A stretch of 64,000 bases of DNA from Asterias rubens (taxonomy: Eukaryota): positions 3,782,001-3,846,000 of the forward strand of contig NC_047068.1 of NCBI RefSeq assembly GCF_902459465.1, read 5' to 3'. Of this stretch, positions 14,909 to 27,170 are shown in pieces. Made by a program: the position numbers and the translations under genes. The notes beneath the pieces were generated by a model, which searched no databases, had not been told where the DNA came from, and saw only the letters and a list, made by a program, of their open reading frames with translations. Positions within the stretch are counted from its first letter, which is position 1, and each line of letters starts with the position of its first letter.

Positions 14909-17281
14909 ACAACGAAACACAAGACACGAGTTTCTGTTAAAAACGACAAAATATCGTGCTGATTATTGGGGCCGGCCCAACTTACAATAATGATAGTCGA
15001 AATGAGATGTCATCCATTAAGTAAACTTACAATGCACTTAATACTCTCTTCCACTCAACAAAATAATATATATATGGGTCGTTTAAATACACCACTATTT
15101 GCTGCAATCCTTTAGGCCTATATCACCTATAAGATTATCAAAATAACCAAGAACTGGGCCAAGTTGGAACACTTTAGAGAGGATCCAGTTTATTAGCACA
15201 AAAGCGCCACACTGTGGTGAACCATGTACAATATTGTAATCTGTAAATCATCTACAATGGCGTGTAACATTTCATTGCGACGGAGACATCCGAGTATGCT
15301 AGGTTGGCATTTGTTTAAAAGATTTTGTCGTTTATAAGGAGTCCTGAAAAACCCAAAACAGTCCAAGCCCGTAGGCGTGAAAGTTGAATTCGGACGATGC
15401 CCAATTTGGAAACCTTCTGCATTAAGCCCATACCGAAATCGGGGTAAGTTTCCAAAAATAACTGACTCTGAGCAAAAGCTGCAGCATCAGACGGCGTTAG
15501 AGACCCACAAATGACGTCAGAGGATGACGTCAACAGATGGCCGAACTTGTTGCTCGATAATTTCGACGAATTCAAAAGTGTTAAAAACTAAAAACATAAA
15601 GTATGTAATTATTTCATCGATGCACATCTAATCCAACAAAACAACCTTAGGGAAGTAATGTTGCATTCCTCGTTGTCACCAGAGTCTGCAAACCCGGGGC
15701 ACTATTCATAAAACCACGGCTTCCCGATTGACCTGGGCTCCGGTGTTCGGCAAGGGGCTCCAAACAGGCTGGTAAGAACCTCACCCGTAGCCGTTGCTGA
15801 AGCCACGGTGTCAAAAAGGTCACCAGACGGAGACACTTACACCACGGATGTGCCAAAGTAAAGGTCATTAATGGCTTTTTCATACTCGTAATGATCAAAA
15901 GTTCTTCCAATGACCAATGCATATATATAAATTTGAACAAAATACAAACAAATCAACAAATGAATGTTGTTATACTTAGCAAGATAAAGTTTCTTCTTGC
16001 CAAACAAATACTTTGAAGACCACTTTTGATAAATTAACACCGCATTAACAAGGAGCTCTAAAAGAAACAAAGCAGATTATGAAACCCGTCTGATATAGTC
16101 TAATGCAATAATGACCTTATTGTTCGGAGCAGTAAGTTTATTGTCTTCGTCTCCTCATTTCTGTTTACCAAGGCTCTCCGTTGTTACCCGAAAGTCAAGT
16201 TAAATGTCCACACAGAAAAACAGTTTTAAAACATAGACCCTTTACACAAAATAATAAAGGCAATGGCAAAAGGTTTCATACGAGTTCCTTTTCTTTCGAA
16301 ATAAAAACTAAATCAATACAATAAATAAATCCATAATTAATCTACAATAACCTTAACTCAAATATTTAAACTTACATATTACTTTACAGACAATTCTGTC
16401 AACGGAACATCGTGAGATAATATCGCTTTGTGGGGGGAAAAATTAGAGGTATTTGGGGGAATATTGCCTTTAGTGATACAAGAATATAGTCTGGCAAAAA
16501 GTCAGACGTCATGAGGAACATATTTGGTTATAGTGCCATCGCAGATTCTGTGTTTCAGTTTAAACATTTTTTTTAAAAGCAACAAATCTGTGATGGCCCT
16601 ATATAGACAAATATCATTATCGTGACATACTCGGACATGGTGCCAAATTATGTGCATGTATCACCAAAATCACAACTCCATCGCCTAACTGCCGAGCCTA
16701 GTGGAGTAATCCATCAGCGCTCTGCAGCAGAGACTGGCGTCCAACCAGGGCTACTAACTATGTACCATAACTCTCACAATCGTACCATTGGTTCTGGCCA
16801 TTAATAACTATAGATTAACGTAATGTTCAACGTGCGCCACGCTGATGGTTGGTTTAACACGGTTATTTAAGCAGGAGAAAACCATCTTGAGTATACCCTC
16901 CGAGCAAAGAGACTCGCACATTATTAACCATTAAAAGAAATCCACTTCAAATCCAGGAAATGCGTCAGACCCATTTTTCAAATAAATCTTGAACATTTAG
17001 CAAATGGCGCCCCATGGATGTCATTTCACCCTTTATATGACGTTCTGTTGACCTAAGTAAGCCACACGATGATCAAAAGATATGATGCAACACACGACAC
17101 TGAGTCAACACTAACCCATCCATTCATTCATTGTTAGCAAAGTCAGGAGATCTTTAACTTACTTTCCTTAAACTTCTGAGGAGAGCTCTTTGCACTTCTC
17201 AGATCAGAACAAGACGTACAAAAATTAGGTTAAAAGGTGAACTGAAACATTTTCTAAAATCTAACTGCCAAAAATAGTTAT

Positions 17282-17324
17282 TGGCCTGACGTTTCGACCC
17301 TAGCAGAGTCTTTCTCGAAGGCTA
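17282..17324 (-). ncRNA. Minimal type I hammerhead-like motif with a non-canonical core (Penelope-like terminal-repeat relic?)
   Basis: tagcct-tcgagaaa-gactc-tgcta-gggtc-gaaac-gtc-aggcca: 4-bp stem I, 5-bp stem II, then GAAAC-GUC. The core reads UCGAGAA(A) instead of CUGANGA. A second copy at 5566-5608 has GAAA mutated. Confidence 0.4.
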
Positions 17325-18993
17325 AATGGCAACCAAAGTCTAACTGTCCAGAATTTTAATTTAAACGCATTCTTCAGAATTGGTGATAATTTTGGTATTA
17401 TTTTTATAACAACCGTCAGTGTTTAAATTTAGTCTGAAAGTGTACTGATTATAATGTGAAGTTCATCTAGAACCATTTTTCTGTGAAATATTTCCTTCTA
17501 AAATGAAGTCATTTAAGAAAAACTATATTTGAAAACTGTTGACAAAAACCCGCAACAGCTGATTTGAGGTGTTACAACCCAAATTAATGGCTGGAAATTG
17601 TGCATTGTTGAACATTTTATACCGCCTCATACGAAGGATGAAGCCGAAATGTTACATGTTTTATGGTTGATCACATAAAACATTTTTGTTAATTTAATAT
17701 TGATATCCAACAGCAGATATCCGCCACTATCAATAAAACTATGACTAAATATAAATATACATAAAGTTGAAAAGTTCAGTTATACACATGAACACCGGTC
17801 ATCTAATTTATCACCTCTTGTTAACCTTCGAACGCTAAGTGACCTCTGCCGATTCATACACACGATACTGATTGAATGGTTGGTTTAGTGGATTGTTATT
17901 TTCGTTGAAATTATCAATATTGTTCATCTCCTGTTTGTTTAAACGTCCACTTTAAACGTGAAGTGTTTTTTTTCTTCTTCTCACACTCCTTGGACAACTG
18001 CTTAAAGGAGTGCGGAGGACAGTTCTACCCACACTTCTTATAAAATGCTCAGTATAAAACTCCCAATCGTTATCACTACAGAGAACATATCAATATCTCC
18101 CGAACTTGGGAAGATGTTATGAGTAGGTATCTGCACATTCAAACCGGGGACCAGTGGGGTCCACGGTTCGGGAAAGGTCAACAGTTCGAAAAACGTGTAC
18201 AAAGCTAACGCAAAAAAGTAGTATCAAGTATAAACAACAGAGGGAATTGCAGGTGTAACAGGAAGCTTGTAATGGTTGCCATCGGGATAAAATACAGCAC
18301 TACTATGATGCCAATTTATAAGGACCCGCCTATTGGAATGTAACCACATATGGATTATTTAAATAAACTTTTACAACATTATATGCTAACTCGGTCCTGA
18401 CACAACCGCAGGCACAAAATGCACAATAACTAGCATGACAAAATATGTGTTCGTATAATGAAACAATAGCAGGCATGGAATTTCACCTTTGAAAGGTCAA
18501 GGTCATGTTCATTTTACGTAGGGCACTTCCCTTAGAAAATCTTTAAGTCAATGGGGAAACTTTTGAAGGGGCACCAATGCCAAGACCGGGGACAACGGAG
18601 GTACATCCGGTGTCCTACGTGTAATTCAAGGCCTGACGTAGAATTGTTACAAAATGTTGCCATTTCACAAATAACCGCCCCCCCCCCCCCAAAAAAAAAA
18701 AAAAAAAAAAAAAAAAAATGCAACGAAGTTATCAAATAATGTGATTCTGTTATAGAGTAATTATAGCGTATTGTCGTAGTTAAGATCAATTTGAATATTT
18801 ATGTAGGATTATCAAAACGATCCATGGATTTTCATGATCAACAGATAAGTTTATTCGGGGGGGGGGGGGTTGTCAAATAGTTATAAAATGCTTGACTAAT
18901 TAACTGCATCTGTATTACAGGTAATGACAACGTGCAATTCCAGAATGACCATGAACCACCATGGGTTTTCCATGCTTAATGGCTAGACTTTAA

Positions 18994-19361
18994 AGGAACA
19001 TTACAGAATTGGTTTTGCTAACAAAACAGTTGCTGGCGGTGTAAGCACTTTATGTAATCCACCATCTACATAAACTGACAATGCTGTAGAAGTTTGAGAT
19101 AGATCGGCAATTTGGTCACGAGAAAATAGTGAAACACCGACTAGTCACTGTTGCATATGACATCGACTAAAAAAACCAAGAATAAAACCCTCACTGAGCA
19201 ATAAACTCCAAACGGGAAATTAGTTTTATTTAATTCTCATCAATTAATGACATTTGAAAAGATGTTTTCTACTATCATCATCATTACACTGTGCTGTGCA
19301 ACTTTTATGTAAATCTTTGATCTTAGCCAATTTTATTTTTTACCAACTCTGCAATGTTCCT
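18994..19361. mobile_element. MITE family B (TTAA-flanked)
   Basis: ttaa|aggaacattacagaattggt ... accaactctgcaatgttcct|ttaa. Confidence 0.85.
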
Positions 19362-20079
19362 TTAAGGTTTAACTTTAATTAAATGTTATTAAAGATAATC
19401 GACTCTATTTGGTTTGAAGGGGGAAAGCCGTCAGCTCAGATCAGTCAACAAAGCCCAGTGGGATGTGTCCTTCCATGTGAACTGTTTATCTATCATCTTC
19501 GTTTTTAATGAAATTAGTTTAAATGTTAATTCTAGCATTGTTTCTTGGGTATTAATTTACTTATACTTTGGTCTTGTGTCTACTTGAGACTACCCTAAGA
19601 AAACTCATGGAATAGGAACAACTAAACCGTTCGTTCTCAGGTTTCAATCTACCGAACTAAGTAGAGGATGCTTTGTAAGTAGAGTATGAATGTTTGTTGC
19701 AAACTACGGTACAGACTATACCAGTGCTGTAGAAAAAATGACACAACCAAGCACAGAAAAAGACATTTAGTCTAGATTTAAAGTAAGGTATCGTCCAAAA
19801 CATCCAATTATCCGCAGAAGTGTCAGGGAAAGCAACGTCTATTATAGTATAGGGAGGCATTCAACGAGGAACTAAACCCCTCCCTAGCGGATTGGTATCG
19901 AACCCCGACAAATTAAATTACGTGAATGCTCATGAAGCTGTTCAATAGCACTGGCTTTGCTTAGAGCTCTATTGACTATGGACAAAGATTTATGTATCAT
20001 GTTTTCTCACTCAAGATTCTTAAGGAACTCAGATTAAGGCTCGTTGGTGTTTCATTACTTCAGCTGGGATCCCATTTAA

Positions 20080-20432
20080 AGGCAGTGGACACCATTGGTA
20101 ATTACTCAAAATAATTATTAGCATAAAACCTTTGGTATCAAGTAATGGGGGAGAGGTTAACAGTATAAAACGGTGTGAGAAACGGCTCCCTCTGAAGTGA
20201 CGTAGTTTTCGAGAAAGAAGTAATTTTATTTCGGGACCTCAAATTTAGAATTTGAGGTTGCGAAATCAAGCATCTGAAACCACACAACTTTGTGTGACAA
20301 GGGTGTTTTTTCATTCATAGTTATCTCGCAACTCCGACGACCAATCGAGCTCAAATTTCCACAGGTTTGTATGTTGAGATACACCAAGTGAGAAGACTGG
20401 TCTTAGACAATTACCAAAGGTGTCCAGTGTCT
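20080..20432. mobile_element. MITE family A
   Basis: ttaa|aggcagtggacacc ... gtgtccagtgtct|ttaa. Confidence 0.9.
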
Positions 20433-20501
20433 TTAACGCTCTGAAAGATAATCCTCGGCATTATTGAACCTTCAACATGTTCAAACTACTTCAATGCTTA
20501 A

Positions 20502-20705
20502 AGGCACTGGGCACTATTGGTAATTACTCAAAATAATTGTTAGCATTAAAAACTTATTTGATAATTAGCAACTAGTTGAGGACTTTTATTGTGCATTTGA
20601 AATCACACTAAATGCAACAAGGGTGTTTTTCTTTCATTATTCTCTTGCGAATTCGATAACCAATTGAACCCAAATTGTCACATGCAAGTTTTTGTATGCA
20701 AAAAA
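20502..20705. mobile_element. MITE family A, truncated
   Basis: ttaa|aggcactgg left end with partial interior. Confidence 0.7.
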
Positions 20706-20739
20706 ATTTGCATCGGGGATAATATTAATTTTTTTTTTT

Positions 20740-21240
20740 TACAGTTTTTGTCCCACGGGCAAAATCCTCTGGGAATCCAACCAAAGAGGGAAGAATATTC
20801 GTGTCTGCTGCCACTGGCTTAATTGCATACGAGTTATTGAACAAAAGGACAAATACTATAAATTATGGGTTTTTTTCAAGAGTAGACATGCTGAATATAC
20901 AACTTCAGCAAACTAAAAACTCTTGAACCTTTTTCTTGGAATGAATGTCTACTCAAACGAATCCCAATGGTGTAATGCTTGATGCTCCACTCATGTTACT
21001 CGGAAACGCACAGCGGAATCAGTATTCGCCACAGGGCCTCAGCCAATGTTTCACATACAAAACATAATTTGATTAAAGTTTTGTAAGATTGGGTTGACTT
21101 TTTGGTGACTGAAACATGCCACTAGACAATTCGCAAAAGCGTCGTCTCCGTTCGAAACTTCTTTCATCAATCACTCATAAAATTAATACCCTATAGTCAC
21201 GAGCAAAAAACAGACATGCAACTTTCTAATTGAAAAAAAG
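20740..21240. mobile_element. Dispersed repeat, inverted copy of 37830-38260 (unclassified DNA-element fragment)
   Basis: Shares ctgccactggcttaattgcatacgag and gctccactcatgttactcggaaacgcac...ggaatcagtattcgccacaggg with the reverse complement of 37830-38260. Confidence 0.8.
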
Positions 21241-21849
21241 GAGAGGAAATGGCTGATCAAACTTATTTCTTGTACTGTGTTTTTCATTCAAAATGGCGGC
21301 TGAAGACGCCATTAAAAAGAATTGTACCTTACTTTTTTTTAAATCAGCACCCCAAAATTTACAAAGTTAGCTAATAAAATCCATTTTGGCGAGAAAATCC
21401 AGCTGGAATACACAGTGACCTGTACAATTTCTATGGCACTGTTTTTAAAAGAAAACTAGGAAATATTCGCTGATCAGCTGAAAAGTTGCACGCCTGAAAT
21501 AATAGGGGGAAAAACATTTCAACGCAAACTGTATTTCAATTAAAAAGCCTACTGGCACCGGTAGTCCATTTACAGGCTCTTTTGAATGGTTTTTGTTAGC
21601 TGACGGTTGCAAACCAAGACAGACAATCAGACTAAAAACTGAGACAGTTGTCTTTAGACTGGATTATTGTGGCTCCAAAATGGAAATAATGCGAAGTGAG
21701 CCATTACACAACGGACGCTGTGGTAATTTCAGAGTTTTTGTAACTAACCTCCAATGTTGAACCATCAGCTAGAGATAAATCACTACATACCCATCGAGAG
21801 CAGTAATGGGATACAAAAGGGCACAACAATATTATGCAAAACAATATTG

Positions 21850-23080
21850 TAACAAATTATTCAATACTCTATCACCGATGTACGACAGTACAAAAACGAA
21901 AGCACCTTGCCCTTCCAGACACAATCGGGCCCGAAAAGGCGCTATATAATACGTGTTTGTATTATATCATCATTTCTGGGGACACTACTTTTTTTCAAGT
22001 AGCTCTTAAAAAAGAAACGCTGATTTCTATTCCTCGACCTTAAACAAATTATTTAATACTCTATCACCGATTTGCGATATAATGCGAAACTTAAGCACGT
22101 TGCCCTTCCAGACACAATCAGGTGTGATAAAGCGTTATAAGACGTGTTCTTATTGAGGGCAAATCATAATGATCATCATTTCTTGGGACACTTCTGTTTC
22201 AAGCAGCTCTATAAAATAATAATAAAAAACAACAACAAAAACAAACCAAAAGAAAACTGATTTGTGTTCCTAAATCTTGCAACAACTATTGAATACTCAA
22301 TCACCGCTTTGCGACAATGCGAAAAATAGAAGGCATCTTGCCATTGTCATAGACACCATCGGGGATGATAAAGCGCTTATGTAAGATATGTTATTATATG
22401 ATCATCATTTCTTGTGAAACTACTTTTTCGAACAGCTCTCAAAAATGACACACTGATTTCTGTTCCTCGAACTTGCAACAAATTATTCAGTACCCCATCA
22501 GCGATTTGCGACAATGCGAAAACACCTTGCCCTTTACGAGACGTGACCATCGGGTTTGGTAAATGCTTTACCAGACGTGTTGTTGTTTCGGGGACATCGT
22601 GATCATCATTTACTGGGGACACTACTTTTATCAAGTAGCTCTCAAAAAGAAAACACTGATACCTGTTCCTCGAACTTGCACAAAATTATTCAGTACTCTA
22701 TAACCGATTTTAGACCATGCAAAAAATAAATCACCTTAGTTGTCATTCCAGATACAATGGGTGTGATAAAGCACTACACAAGACGTGTTATTCTTTGAGG
22801 GACATCATGATTATCACTTCTTGTGTTGAGAAATTACTGAGAAAATGTTAAGACACTACTTTTTTTCAAGCAGTGGTTTCTGTTACCCAATCTTGCAACA
22901 AAGTATTCAGTACGATCACCGATTTGCGACAATGCAGAAACGAAAGTGCCATGCCCGTCCAGACACAATCAGGTGTGATACGTGCTATTGTTTAGGGAAC
23001 ATCATGTTCATCATTTCCACTTGGGACAATGCATTTTCAAGCAGCTTTAAAAAGGGAGAAAAAATATAAAAACACTGATC
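21850..23080. repeat. Degenerate tandem repeat, about 6 copies of about 190-240 bp
   Basis: Anchor aacaaattattcartactctatcaccgat recurs near 21851, 22043, 22281, 22477, 22679 and 22897. Confidence 0.85.
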
Positions 23081-23346
23081 TTGCAGCTGCTCATTTCAAC
23101 ACTTGACAGCCATGCCCTTGAGGGCTTCATGTATCTGTGTACACATGAAGATTCATGCTACGGCTGGAGATGTGTTCCCAAGAGAAATATGTTGAGTGGA
23201 ATATATCATGTAGGTATTTTGTTTTCACTTCGATGAGTAAGATAACAATTTGCACATTGCAAGGAAAAAACATTCCGAGCTTAGTGCATCAAGAGTATTG
23301 GACAAAGTGAATCTCCGGATCTGTAAGTAGTAAGGAAGAGTATTAA

Positions 23347-23732
23347 AGGCAGTGGACACTATTCGTAATTACTCAAAATAATTATTAGCATTAAACATTT
23401 CTTGATTACGATTAATGTGGAGAGGTTGATAGTATAAAACATTATGAGAAACAGCTCCCTCTGAAGTGACGCAGTTTCCTAGAAAGAAGTAATTTTCCAC
23501 GAATTTGATTTCGAGACCTCAGATTTAGAATTTGAGGTCTTGAAATCAAGCATCTGAAAACACACAACTTCGTGAGACCATGGTGCGTGCGACAAGGGTG
23601 GGTTTTTTTTTCTTTCATTAATATCTCGCAACTTCGACGACCGATTAAGCTCAAATTTGCACAGGTTTGTTATTTGAGATACACCAACTGTGAAGACTAG
23701 TCTTTGACAATTACCAATAGTGTCCAGTGTCT
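23347..23732. mobile_element. MITE family A, near full length
   Basis: TTAA at both flanks and both TIRs present. Confidence 0.9.
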
Positions 23733-25226
23733 TTAATGATACTCAGCAAGATGTGGCAGTAATATTACCTGTAGCTCGCTAATCAAGTCTTAAGGGAACA
23801 TTGCTATGCTCTTTGCTGTGAAATCTTCCTCGAACATTTTTGGCAGCTCCTACATTAAAGCTACATTATAACCAGATTCCCTTTATCGCTCGGAAGCATT
23901 ATTTTGTATTTACCGTAATGAATGTGCATGGCGTAAGCTTGTCTCGACAACTGTATAACCATAACACTGTCTGTGACAACTTTTCAGAGAACTCAACAAG
24001 AATATTTAGCACAGAAAAATCATACTTTATAGTCAATCTTTAGATGTTGACATTTCATAAAATATACCGTCCAGCTTCTATAATATGCATTGCCAAAACC
24101 AATGACTTACAGGTGATACACTGTTGTGGATTTTTAAAAATCATATTGCTATTTCTGCTCATATGTTTATCCCGCATTTTAATGTTTTTTGACTGTACCG
24201 CGCTTTGAAACAGTGTTAAAGCGCTTTAAAAAATACATTTAAGTTAAGTTAAGTAAAATAAAGCTCTAAACATCTTACAGTACCACTGGATGCTGGGTTG
24301 TATAAACACGCCGAAAATTACTTGACAAAAAAACAATTGGTTTTGAACTTGCGTCCTCCGGAATAAATTGCCGGCACTCGAGCTACCAACTGAGCTGTAC
24401 AGACCTTACTCTTCAAGTATGTCGTCTTAACACTAAAACCGATGAATCTGTAAAAACGTCCATGATCAATTTAACACTTGACAAAAGTTCAGTAAAAGTA
24501 TAACATTACATAAACACTATGTAACTGAATATTAACCGTGGAGTTGTGTAGGCCTATTTGAGTTTGACATTATAAGATTTTACATATATAACGTGTACTT
24601 TGTTTTACACAATCTTTTTTACCCACTTATTTGTTACCATTCATTTCGTGTGAAATATTATTATAATACTGAAGTATTCAATATGTACTTCATCTTCGGA
24701 ATCCCAATGAATCCATAGGGAAAGTGAGATACATGTTGACCAAACCAATCGCAAAATAGCTCACCATTGATAACGTTTTGCCATTATCGCTCAATGTCCT
24801 CTCACTGCTGCACAACATGCTCCTCTTTAAAATCAGATCTCTTCAGATTGGTTTTCCCCCACTTATCAACTTGTCTATTCATTGTAAAAGACGTACACAA
24901 GGGGTCGAGAGACATCTTCTAGAATTTCCCCACAGGGTTGCCAAATAAAAACACAATTGTCTACTAATTTTGTAAAGGAGATAAAATCTTACACATGTCA
25001 GAATTGCAAAGTGTAATCAATAATTCAAATCATAAAGCAAGGCTATCGAGACAGAAATACTTCTCTAAAAGAAATAGCAAGACAATTCTAAAAATATCAT
25101 TATTATAATAAATATCAAGACGGTTTGTGATGCCACAGTGTACATGAAAATAATATCTCTGAGTTGTTGTTTGTACTGAAAAGAAGTGGTGGTGTAACAA
25201 CACGACGTTTCAACGAGTATGTTCTG

Positions 25227-25484
25227 TTGTCTTTAGGAGAAAGCAGACTGCTGTTTTTAAGTGCTGCATAGTGGAGTTGTCTTTAGGAGAAAGCAGACTG
25301 CTGACTGTTTTTAAGTGCTGTATAGTGGAGTTGTCTTTAGGAGAAAGCAGACTGCTGTTTTTAAGTGCTGTATAGTGGAGTTGTCTTTAGGAGAAAGCAG
25401 ACTGCTGTTTTTAAGTGCTGTATAGTGGAGTTGTCTTTAGGAGAAAGAAGACTGCTGACTGTTTTTAAGTGCTGTATAGTGGAG
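25227..25484. repeat. Minisatellite, 5 copies (50/54/50/50/54 bp)
   Basis: Unit ttgtctttaggagaaagcagactgctgtttttaagtgctgtatagtggag; starts at 25227, 25277, 25331, 25381 and 25431. Confidence 0.95.
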
Positions 25485-26060
25485 AAGAAGTTGTATGATG
25501 CCAACAGGCAGGAAAGCCGAATTGACATGAAGGGAGATTGGTGGGGAGTGTGGGATCACTGGATGGAGTCAGTTGACAACCACCATAGGGAGAGGGGGGA
25601 TGGGGCCTAGGGTAGATGACCCGAGTCTAAGAGATGAGTGATATATGACTGTTCATTTAAAGATCCAAGCACTATGTATGTGTATTGAAATAATAATAAT
25701 AATACCTTAAGTTACTGTAAAACAAAATACTTAAAACAAAATTTACAAAATAAACAAATCATCAATTGAATAAACAAACAAACAAATCAATAATTAACTA
25801 AACAAATTAAATAAACAGTAAATCAAAATGAATAAAATTAAAATAACGACAATAATAAACAAACAGTTAATACAAATAAATAAATAAAATCAAATAATTT
25901 ATGTATATATTTTTATGAACTAATTCACTTTCACTTGAGAAATAAATGTATGTCTTTCAAAGCAATAAAAAAATTTTTTTTAAAACAAATTACTTAATAA
26001 ATTAATTGTAAAAATCCATACCTTAGTTTAAAATATGTAAGTAAATCTTCCTTAAAAAAA

Positions 26061-26066
26061 TTTATT
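26061..26066 (-). terminator. Candidate polyadenylation signal of ENDOV
   Basis: AATAAA on the minus strand about 50 nt after the stop codon, in an AT-rich context. Confidence 0.45.
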
Positions 26067-26115
26067 GGTCATACAAATATTCAATCCATCATAAATTACT
26101 GTATAGCTACATCCG

Positions 26116-26352
26116 CTATTTCATTGGCTCAAACAAAGAATCAAAACTTGACTCCTCATCTGATTGGTCATCAAAGAAACTTGATGCCACATCCCTCTTA
26201 CCTCTTTCCATTTTCCTCTCATTTGCATATTGTTGATATCTCTCCAGATGGTCGGAATCTTTGATGGTCCGCCTCTTGGGCTGCTTACACGCAGCAGCGT
26301 CATAACTTTCTGGAAACTTTTCACGCAGGAAGTCCCGAGATAGGATATCTGC
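26116..26352 (-). CDS. ENDOV: Endonuclease V probable last coding exon (ADILSRDFLREKFPE...EPMK*)
   Basis: ctcaacag acceptor, phase 0. ADILSR matches human ADICSR, which includes the C-terminal catalytic Asp. There is an in-frame stop with AATAAA about 50 nt downstream. An internal AG|gtaaga donor at 26201 could end the exon earlier. Confidence 0.85.
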   Translation of the reverse strand, partial: ADILSRDFLREKFPESYDAAACKQPKRRTIKDSDHLERYQQYANERKMERGKRDVASSFFDDQSDEESSFDSLFEPMK

Positions 26353-26431
26353 CTGTTGAGACAAGTTTGTAGAATAAATTAGAATCACATTGTTTACAAA
26401 GGCAGGCAGCATTCATGGATTGGCCAATTAA

Positions 26432-26904
26432 AGGCACTGGACACTATTGGTAAGTAATCAAACTAATTGAAAGCATAAAAACTTACTTGGCAATGAGCAA
26501 TGGAGAGCTGTTGATTTAAAAAACATTGTGAGAAACGCCTCCATCTGAAGAAACATAGATTTGAGATAATTTCTCATTCAAATATTAAAAGACTTCAGCT
26601 GAAGCCTTTTATTTTTCCGTCTAAAAGCACACAAAGTAATACAACAAGGGTGTTTTTCCGTTCATTCTTGCAAATTCTTGCAAAAATGTTCACTGTTATT
26701 GAATGCATATAATGGGAAACACCAAGAGAAAATACTGGGACCAATTTCATACAATACCAAATTGTATATATGTGACTTTGTAGTTTGGCAGGTAAACTTA
26801 TTCTGGTAAGCATGATTTTAGTGTGCTTAGCTACTCGTTGTTCCCAAGCAGCTCAATGAAGTTGGGCCCTGGTCTTTGAAAATTACCAAATGTGTCCAGA
26901 GCCT
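26432..26904. mobile_element. MITE family A with a nested MITE near 26737-26870
   Basis: TTAA flanks and TIRs; the interior is interrupted by gggaccaatttcat...atgaagttgggccc. Confidence 0.75.
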
Positions 26905-27170
26905 TTAAGGGTATTGGTGGATCTCTGTAAATGTTAGGCATTTGATAATCACATGAGAGTTCACACTTGCTTAGAACTTAAAAATATTCTGGTAAGCATG
27001 ATTTTATTGTGCTTAGCTACTCGTTGTGCCCAATCAGTTCTATGAAGTTGGGCCTTGGTCTTTGAAAATTACCAAATGTGTCCAGAGCCTTCAAGGGTAT
27101 TGGTGGATCTCTGTAAATGTTAGGCATTTGATAGTCACATGAGAGTTCACACTTGCTTAGAAGTTAAAAA
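26799..27170. repeat. Tandem duplication, 2 x 186 bp, including a MITE end
   Basis: tattctggtaagcatg at 26799 and 26985. Confidence 0.9.
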
